A stretch of 63,534 bases of DNA, the filler included. It is 6 parts of 6 records of this genome, joined end to end, with 100 filler letters (N's around TTAATTAATTAA, not from the genome) between each part and the next. Parts side by side here need not be neighbours in the genome. Positions count along the whole stretch, not along the records: positions 50,263 to 58,298 come from SRR2962707_500; positions 58,399 to 63,534 come from SRR2962707_547; 4 more parts are not named here. One strand, written 5' to 3'. Shown here piece after piece: positions 55,681-63,534 of this stretch (the first letter of the stretch is position 1; every line of letters starts with the position of its first letter). A program made the translations under genes and the position numbers. A model generated the notes under the pieces. That model was not told where the DNA came from, did not search any database, and saw only the letters and a program-made list of their open reading frames with translations.

Positions 55681-57153
55681 ATGCTTTGGTCTCTCATAAA
55701 GATTGTGATCTTCGTCGCGATGATTGCGGCGCTGACCCTGGGTGCTGGATATCTGATGGAAAGCAGCGGTGGTGTTCAGATTACCGTCGCCGGCATGGAA
55801 TATACGCTGGGCCCGCTGCAGTCGGTGCTGGCCGCACTGGTGTTGGTGGTGCTGGTCTGGGTGCTCTTTAAACTGGTATCCCTATTGGTCGCGCTTCTGC
55901 GTTTCCTGAACGGCGATGAGACAGCGCTGTCGCGCTATTTCGACCGGAATCGCGAACGCAAGGGCTATGCGGCGCTAAGCGAAGGCCTGATGGCGCTCGC
56001 TGCCGGCGAAGGACGTGTGGCGATGGCCAAGGCGTCCAAGGCAGAACGCTATCTGCACAAGCCGGAACTTACCGATCTGATCACTGCGCAGGCTGCTGAA
56101 ATGAACGGCGATCGAGCGAAAGCCGAACAGGTTTACAAGCGTCTGATCCAGAGCGACGCGACCCGTTTTGTCGGCGTGCGTGGCATCATGAAGCAGAAAC
56201 TGGCGCAGGGCGATGACGATACCGCGCTGAAACTGGCCGAACGCGCCTTTGCCATCAAGCCGAAGCACGAGGAGGTCCAGGACATCCTTCTGAAACTTCA
56301 GGCCCAGAAATCCGACTGGGCCGGGGCGCGCAATACATTGAATGCCAAGCTCAAGTACGGATCGACGCCACGCGATGTGTATAAGCGGCGCGATGCCGTT
56401 CTTGCCCTGTCCGAGGCCAAGGACATCCTGGATACCGGAAAATCGATCGAGGCCCGCGAGGCCGCGATTGCTGCTAACAAATCGTCGCCCGATCTAATCC
56501 CCGCTGCCTGTATGGCCGCCCGTGGATTCGTGGCCGAGGATCGCCCCAAAAATGCCACCCGGCTGCTGAAGAAGGCCTGGCAGGTGCAACCGCATCCCGA
56601 TCTTGCTGCGACCTTTGCCGAGATCGTGCCAAACGAAACCTCTGCAGAGCGTCTCAAGCGATTCAAACAGTTGACGGCGATCCGACCCGAGCATCGGGAA
56701 ACGAGGCTTCTTTTGGCCGAACTGAACCTTGCAGCTGAGGATTTTCCCGAGGCTCGCCGCGCCGTCGGCGATCTGGTCGAGAAAGATCCGGACACACGTG
56801 TCCTCGCGATCATGGCCGCGGTGGAGCGGGGCGAGGGTGCCCCCGATGCGGTGGTGCGGGGCTGGCTAACCAAAGCTCTGACCGCGCCGCGCGGACCGCA
56901 ATGGGTCTGTGACAACTGCAACAACATCCATTCGGAATGGACGCCTATCTGTGGCAATTGCGGCGCATTTGACACTTTGTCGTGGAAATCCCCGCCTCAG
57001 TCGGCGGAAATTTCGATGCCAGGAGGGGCCGAGATGCTGCCGCTTCTGGTCGGAGCAGGCGACGAAAAACTGCCCGTCGTGACCGAGCCGATGGATGCAG
57101 AAGTCATGGATGTGGAACCTGTGGATGGGGCTGCTGTGGACCAGCCAAAATAG
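55681..57153 (+). CDS. hemY: HemY-N/TPR membrane protein
   Basis: MLWSLIKI, two TM helices, TPR-like region, W..PHPDLA, C-terminal CxxC..CxxC. Confidence 0.85.
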   Translation: MLWSLIKIVIFVAMIAALTLGAGYLMESSGGVQITVAGMEYTLGPLQSVLAALVLVVLVWVLFKLVSLLVALLRFLNGDETALSRYFDRNRERKGYAALSEGLMALAAGEGRVAMAKASKAERYLHKPELTDLITAQAAEMNGDRAKAEQVYKRLIQSDATRFVGVRGIMKQKLAQGDDDTALKLAERAFAIKPKHEEVQDILLKLQAQKSDWAGARNTLNAKLKYGSTPRDVYKRRDAVLALSEAKDILDTGKSIEAREAAIAANKSSPDLIPAACMAARGFVAEDRPKNATRLLKKAWQVQPHPDLAATFAEIVPNETSAERLKRFKQLTAIRPEHRETRLLLAELNLAAEDFPEARRAVGDLVEKDPDTRVLAIMAAVERGEGAPDAVVRGWLTKALTAPRGPQWVCDNCNNIHSEWTPICGNCGAFDTLSWKSPPQSAEISMPGGAEMLPLLVGAGDEKLPVVTEPMDAEVMDVEPVDGAAVDQPK

Positions 57154-57198
57154 GTCTTTCCCCGCCGCAAACCCGATGCTAATAGCCCGCGCACCAGG

Positions 57199-57274
57199 GC
57201 CGCTGTAGCTCAGCTGGTAGAGCACGTCATTCGTAATGATGGGGTCGGGGGTTCGAGTCCCTTCAGCGGCACCA
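57199..57274 (+). tRNA. tRNA-Thr(CGT)
   Basis: GCCGCTG/CAGCGGC acceptor stem, anticodon loop TTCGTAA, GGTTCGAGTCC T arm, encoded CCA. Confidence 0.95.
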
Positions 57275-57491
57275 CCTTCATGCCATTGGATACCACTGTG
57301 CATGTCTTTGGCCGCTTGACGCAGGATTAATCGTCTCTGGTCGGCTTTGATGCTCACCCTAGGGCTTCAAGCGTTTGCAATCGGCAGCACTGTCGGTCAA
57401 CCTGTTGCAAAGCTGTTGCTTTGGCTTGAGCCTACGCGGGAAACCGCGCAGACAGAAAGCACCGCGTGTCTGACGGAACTGGAGGTCCTAA

Positions 57492-58298
57492 TTGTCGCTC
57501 TTCCTGGTTGTTGCCTTGCCATTTCTGGGTGCTCTGTTGCCCGGCCTTCTCAACACCGCCGGGCGCAAGGTCTGCGCGGGCACGACCTTTGCTGTCACAC
57601 TGACGGCCCTTGTCGGACTGTTGTCCAATCTTCCGGCGCTGCTGCGTGGTGAGGTGATTGAGGCGCGTGTGGACTGGTTGCCCGTGCTTGGGATGAACCT
57701 GAACCTGATGATGGACGGGCTGGGCGCCTTTTTCGCCTGTCTGATCCTGGGTATCGGACTGCTGATCATTGCCTATGCGCGGAGTTATCTGTCGCGCGAC
57801 GACAATATGGGCGAATTCTTTACATACCTGCTGCTGTTTCAGGGTGCGATGGTGGGCATTGTCCTGTCTGACAATATCCTGGTGCTGCTGGTGTTCTGGG
57901 AACTGACCTCGCTGTCGTCCTTTCTGCTGATCGGTTACTGGAAACATCTGCCAGAGGGTCGGCAGGGCGCACGTATGGCCCTGACCGTGACCGGTATGGG
58001 CGGTTTGGCGATGATTGGCGGGATGTTGATCCTGGGCCAGATTGCCGGTTCCTATGACCTTAGCGTCATTCTTCAGAATCGCGATCTCATTCAGGCCGAT
58101 CCCCTGTATCTGCCCGCTCTGATCCTGATCCTGTTGGGGTGTTTCACCAAGTCGGCACAGTTTCCGTTTCATTTCTGGCTGCCACACGCGATGGCAGCAC
58201 CGACGCCTGTGTCGGCCTACCTGCACTCGGCCACGATGGTAAAGGCTGGTATCTTTCTCATGGCGCGGATGTGGCCGGTTTTGTCGGGGACACCGGAA
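57492..58298 (+). CDS. mrpA: Mrp/Pha cation:H+ antiporter subunit A (3' truncated)
   Basis: TTG start after GGAGG; FWELTSLSSFLLIGYW, TKSAQFPFHFWLPHAMAAPTPVSAYLHSATMVKAG. Confidence 0.9.
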
Positions 58299-58398
58299 NN
58301 NNNNNNNNNNNNNNNNNNNNNNNNNNNNNNNNNNNNNNNNNNTTAATTAATTAANNNNNNNNNNNNNNNNNNNNNNNNNNNNNNNNNNNNNNNNNNNN
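58299..58398. other. Artificial contig-joining spacer
   Basis: N run with TTAATTAATTAA. Confidence 0.98.
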
Positions 58399-58533
58399 AA
58401 AAAAAAAAAAAAAAAAAAAAACGAAGCCCTCCACAAAAAGAAAAGCAGTGACTGGGCAGTCGCTCTTTTTCTCAGAGCTCCGTCCGCAGTACGTCGTCGC
58501 CATCCTGCTGCAGCCCAGGGCAGTTGCGCAGTC

Positions 58534-59755
58534 ATGGCCGACCAACAGCCGCAACAACCGCAGCAAAGCCACCAGTCCCGCATGAGAAAGGGTACTCAGA
58601 GAAAGGATATCAAGCTTGTCCGAACCAAGGTCTTTTCAGTGTTTGCAGTGCGCACGAAGGGCCCACTCCCCAGACAACTGCTGTATCGCCCGGAAGATAT
58701 GTTCGCTGCATTGGGCTTCGATACGGAGCTGGCAAAGTTGACAAGTCTTGAAGATCGCCGTGAGCGAGCTGGTGTACGAATTCTTTAATCACATGCATGC
58801 ATTGGTTGCATATGATGTGATGCATGTGTGCGTGTATGTATGCGCATTGCAAACGATGTGCTGCGATTTCTTATTGGCTCGTCATACTTTTAGGCTGACT
58901 GGGTTGGAGAAATGCCACTGACGTACGGAGAAGTACCTTTCGAAAGCTTACGCGCTGTGTTTGAGCGCATCAGGCACTACGGTGGTCTTCCGGAAAGAGG
59001 TGCAGAAAAATCAACTTCATTGACGTTTTATGACCTGGGCCATGGCGGAGGTGGTGCATGTCTTGCAGCAGTGTGCCTTTTTCCTTTTTCCAACGTTGTC
59101 GGCATTGAGGTTTGTAGATCACTTTCTGCAGCACACGCAAGTACGCTGCTCGGCAACCTACATTCTGGTTGGATGCATTGAACCATTGATTTTACATCTC
59201 AATGTTGCTGGCATACCGGTACAGCTTCTTGAAGGTCTGTGTCAGCAGTCTGAAGAAGCACGGTCTCGATGGGCAAGGCTTCTAAAATCACAGCAGAGAA
59301 TGGTGGCAGGGAACAATTTCGATGATTCCGCGCAAAGCGATGGCGTAGCACCACTGGTTGCATCTCGCTCAGCGACAAAGATAGAATTCCTCCAAGGCAG
59401 TTTTCTTGACTTCGAGGGATGCCGAGATTGGTCCGATGCCGACGTTGTCCTTGCAAATTCTGTGTGCTTTAGTGCAAGCATGATGATGGATTTGTCTCGA
59501 CTCGGAGAGCGTCTGCGACCGGGTGCATTTTTTATTACCTCCAACACCCGACTGGGTTCGTTCCTTTGCCGTTCAAGCGAATGACGCAAGCTCTGGTGCA
59601 GTGCCGATTTGCAGTGAGCATGAATCGCCTGCCTGCGGTTTACTTGATGGTGTGCAGGTTCTGCGAAGCTCAAGCTTCTGGAAACAGTTGTTCTGCCCAC
59701 AAGCTGGGGGAAAGCTTCGTTTCACATTCACCAGCGAGTTAGCAGTACGCCTTAG
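58534..59755 (+). CDS. DOT1-like class I SAM-dependent methyltransferase, 4 exons
   Basis: LTYGEV, FYDLGHGGG, VVGIE|LL, ADVVLANSVCF, LRPGAFFIT, SWG motifs; GT-AG introns join the frames (e.g. 58774-58893). Confidence 0.7.
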
Positions 59756-59913
59756 TGGGAAAGGGGGATTGGATTTGCCAGTCAAAGAGACTGGTTGGAC
59801 AAGAAGAGACGCACAGATCAATGCTAAACCTTGAAAAAAACGTTTGCAGCACTGAGCGTGCCAAAAAATCTAAGAATTCATCTTTCATGAGAATGATTGC
59901 CCAAACAGCAGCA

Positions 59914-62900
59914 TCAGTCGTTCTTGCCAACAATAGATGTGTCAATTTCAACATCTGGCGCGACCGCAGCCAACATGGCGTCAAAACGATCGTCCTGCCG
60001 CTTCTTCAAATCTTTTAGCTCTTGTTTGAGACGCTCCGCGCGTATCGATGCTCCTTCGTCGTCTTCTAAGGTGTCAAGACGCTGCCACAAGTTCGCCTAA
60101 GGCACCAAGGCAGCTTGAGAGTTCACACAATCCAAACGAAGCATAGAACCAGCCATGCCCAATGATATGAGTGCGCGCAACATTGTCATCGGCCAAGACG
60201 TACATTAGCAGGTTGATTGTAGAAAACAATCCGTGCCGTGTCGCAGAGCATGGCATACCTTCATGGCGACAGACACAGATACTCAGTCAATCCGGTCAGA
60301 TCGTCCTGTATCCAAACCGTATTCGACAGCTTGAAAACAACGCCAATACGCACTGTTTCTCGTTCAGCAGAGGTCCTGTGTTAACTTCCAAGAACCAAGG
60401 GCGCATGTCCTCGTCCACGACAAAATCACAGCCGAAAAGCTACAATCGAACACAAATGCACATGCTGGGCAATTGCTGAATCATCGCGAGCGCAAACACG
60501 AAGCTACAAAAAAAATGCACAACCATGTACCTCAAAGCATCGCTTCGATGTGTCGCATCGGAGGTGATGTTTGGCCTCACGAAAGAGAACTGCCAACTGG
60601 CGCGCCATCTTTGGAAACAGCTCTTCGTAATGTGGCCTTCGGTTGAACAACATGCAGGACCCTGATGAGCAAGCGGCTACAAAAAATGGCAACCAGATTA
60701 AATAAACTGCATCACAAACCAGGTGTGCAATTCGTTTTCGTATTGGCGGGCCGTGTGCGTGAGTTGTAGCTTCTTGTCAGTATTCACCGGGTCCCACTTG
60801 TTGTTAATGCCAACGGCAACATATCCGGCTGTTGTGTGAGTGTACGCTCGCAGTTCGTCATGACGGTCGTCGTCATTTACAATTAGAAGATACAGGCGCA
60901 CACCAAACTTGGTACCATCTGGGTTGAGTTTGGGGCGCAAAATATGGGGTTGAAGGACGTACCTGGAACAGCCAAAATGAATGACGTGAATGGTCAACAG
61001 TGCTCACGGTACTTTCCACCTCCCAAAACAGAGCAATGCTCGCAACAAGTTGCCAACTTACGTGTCCTTCTTGTCGAAGTTTGGGTTTGAAAGACAATCC
61101 TCAATCGTGTTTCCAAGGATCATACCACCACCGTAATCACGCCCAGCAGGCTTGCAGAACCAGACAGTGTCTTGACGCAAATCCTTCATCAGCTGAGTTC
61201 CGGTCAAAGCTGCCGCAGCTGCTTGAGCTGCACTCGGTGCGTTCTTACTTCCGGGGGTCAACACTGGCGCATCGTTGTCATCATCGTCATCGTTGTCATC
61301 GCGAGAAATGGTTGGTGCAGGAAGATCAGGGACACTGGAAACGTCTCCTTGCTGAACACGGGTTCGCATAGCACGTGCATCAGGATCGTTCCAAGCAGGA
61401 ACAAGGGCGGTGTGCGCAACGCTTCCCTCCACAAAGAAGCCAGGATCGAGGTGTGTGTGGCGGGGAGGGATCAACGCCTCCTCCTCATAGAGCCACGTTG
61501 GAGGTGTGAAGTGGAATGGCTCGAGAAGCTTCCACACAGTCCCCTTGTCCGAAATACACTCAGTATTTTCCAGATGGGAAACGGTTGCAGAATACTCTGC
61601 GTTGCTCGTGTATTGAACCTGAACTCCACCTAGAGGGCGCCAAACCGAATCCATGCCGGACGATTTACTTTTCTTGTTACAACTGACAGGTTCTTGTGGT
61701 ACATAAACCCAGTCCTCTTCTTCCAGCAAGCACTTCAGCAACAACCGTTCCAAGTTGTACACTGACGTCAGTGAGCAAGCTCGGCGACCAGCCTATACAG
61801 ACAGCAACAGCACACACGCAGTTTCGTTCACGCACTTGCCCCAACCTCAAAAAGATCCACACAACAACAACAAAGAGATATCAACTTATTTTGCCATTGA
61901 ACAAGAGGCTCAGTGTTGGAAAAACGTACAATTTCATCAGAAGTGTAGCAATGAGGTGCCTTTAAGCAAAAGCGCGGCACGCGAAATTTTGGGGCTTGCA
62001 CCATACTAGGTTCGTAGTCGGTAAGTGTCTTCCCAGAATGAGGAAAGTACAGCGACATTCGAAATCCATCCTCAGGATCAATATCGAGAACACGAGCGGC
62101 GAATGCGGAATCTCCATCGCGATCATCCGCAAAAACGATATCGCCCACTGCATGTGGGATCCATTCTCCTTCTGCCACATCCTCCGACGACCGGCGTATG
62201 ATGTTGCTGGACCCGACGTAGCAGAGCATTGGTTCAAACGAGAACTTAACAAGGTATCGTCCCTAAGTTTAGTCAAGTGCACAAATCGAAGTTGAGACAC
62301 AAAGAGTATGTGTTGCAGGCGGCAAGCATATCCATTTACAAGTCATATTCCAGAGCTATGCATTCGTTACCTGGTCCCATGGTTGCTTCAACGCTGGATG
62401 GCAGCCAATCGCCGCAATGGTGCCTGCAAGCCAACGCCCATAATAGCTTTCAGGAGTTCCACTTCCATCGGCTTCAGGGGTGATGAACTCATCAAGAGCC
62501 CTTCGACTTGGGCGTGCAAAAATTGGACTCCCAACGTATCTGTGTCAATACAAGAAAAAGCAATTGCAATTTGGTGTAAACCACGGCACACATCACACAG
62601 CTGAAGGGGAAGCTATCATTGTGAGAGTGCACAGCAGCAACTCACAGATCACCACGGCGACTGCCAATTGGCGCATTGTCCATGCTGAAGCGCTCGTCTA
62701 CGGGTCCGCGCACCAGCATCCAACGCAACGGCGACTCGACAATATCGTCATCGCACTGAACTTGGACAGTCCACATTTCGCTCGTGGGAAATTCGAACTG
62801 GTCTCGTTCTACTTTGTTCTGCACAACTGCGCTGAAATAGGTTTCAGCCCCTGACATGCTGACAAACACCGGCACGCCCTCCGCCAGCTGCGACGAAATG

Positions 62901-63271
62901 CCAGTTTTCCGCCAGTTTTCGAGGGCCTTCGTTTTCACCACAGACTCTGGCACCAGCACCGCATAGCCAGTCACCAAAGCTACCTCGTACAGGCCCAGTT
63001 CCCGAGCCACGTCGACTACGGTCCCTGCGTACAGCCCCGGTACGCACTCGTCGAAGGAAGACAGGTCGACGAACACTTCCTGGCGCATCTGAAAAACCCC
63101 TTCGAACTTGAACGGCATCTGCCGCGGGTCCAGGCGAAGATGCAGCCGGAACGGGTAGTTGCTGCGCTTCGCTTGCACCGGCTTCGTCGGTCCGCGGAAG
63201 GCATTCGAAACCACTCGCGAGATGGAGTCGTGCGACGAAAGCGCAGCTGACGGGGGATTCGACAGAGCCAT
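59914..63271 (-). CDS. Tubulin-tyrosine ligase/polyglutamylase (TTL/TTLL) family protein with N-terminal Tudor/SH3-like repeats, multi-exon
   Basis: WFCKP..YGGGM, YVLQPHI..KFGVRLYLLI, LTH, FE|LFGCDFVVDEDMRPWFLEVNTGP; exons join in frame through GT-AG introns. Confidence 0.75.
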
Positions 63272-63500
63272 TTTAGCAGGCAAGGTTCGATCCAAACGGA
63301 CTCGTTCGAACGAGGGAGAGCGAGTGGGTGAGTGAGTGGCACGCGCGAAATGAGTGCGCGAACGCAGCCGACGGGTCGTCCTCAAGGACAGGGGGGGGTC
63401 GCTGGAGTTTTGGGAAGGGTCAACACCCCCACCCACCCGCACAACCACCAAACCAGCCAGCCAGCCAGCCACAGAGGAGGGGGAACACAGGAAAAAAAGA

Positions 63501-63534
63501 ACCGCCACCACCACCACAACAACAACAACAACAA
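63501..63534. repeat. (CCA)n(CAA)n microsatellite at window end
   Basis: accgccaccaccaccacaacaacaacaacaacaa. Confidence 0.85.

Noticed and set aside
57275..57490. tRNA-Thr as an integration site
   Set aside because: No integrase, no duplicated tRNA 3' end, and housekeeping mrpA follows

Overview
This window is not one locus. It is six unrelated contigs joined by five 100-nt N spacers carrying TTAATTAATTAA. Contigs 1 (1-12029), 3 (29721-40397) and 6 (58399-63534) come from an intron-rich microbial eukaryote with introns of about 70-120 nt. Splicing them by hand gives a ~3,287-aa coiled-coil protein with a C-terminal RhoGAP domain, a 13-exon polypeptide GalNAc-transferase with a ricin lectin domain, a >1,800-aa CAMSAP/Patronin-like CKK protein, a DOT1-like methyltransferase and a Tudor/SH3-repeat plus TTL-family ligase. 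Two GC-AG introns, frequent AAG acceptors and two candidate microexons are visible. Contigs 2 (12130-29620) and 4 (40498-50162) are Rhizobiales-type housekeeping DNA. Contig 2 runs hflKC-degP-serB-miaA-GGDEF-HerA-ilv attenuator-ilvIH...pdxJ-add-tetR-ilvC; contig 4 runs yejABEF-cycM-kdsB-pheA-nudC-HIT-ffs. Contig 5 (50263-58298) is Rhodobacteraceae-type: ahcY, PRC-barrel, DUF2853, EVE, YciI, hemD-Mic60-hemY, tRNA-Thr, mrpA. It holds the two least explained bacterial signals: an apparent in-frame deletion scar fusing a tsaD-like start to the gpsA tail, and an unannotated promoter + 17-codon ORF + hairpin unit. No CRISPR array, transposase or phage gene was seen. All assignments come from motif recognition and manual splicing, without database searches.
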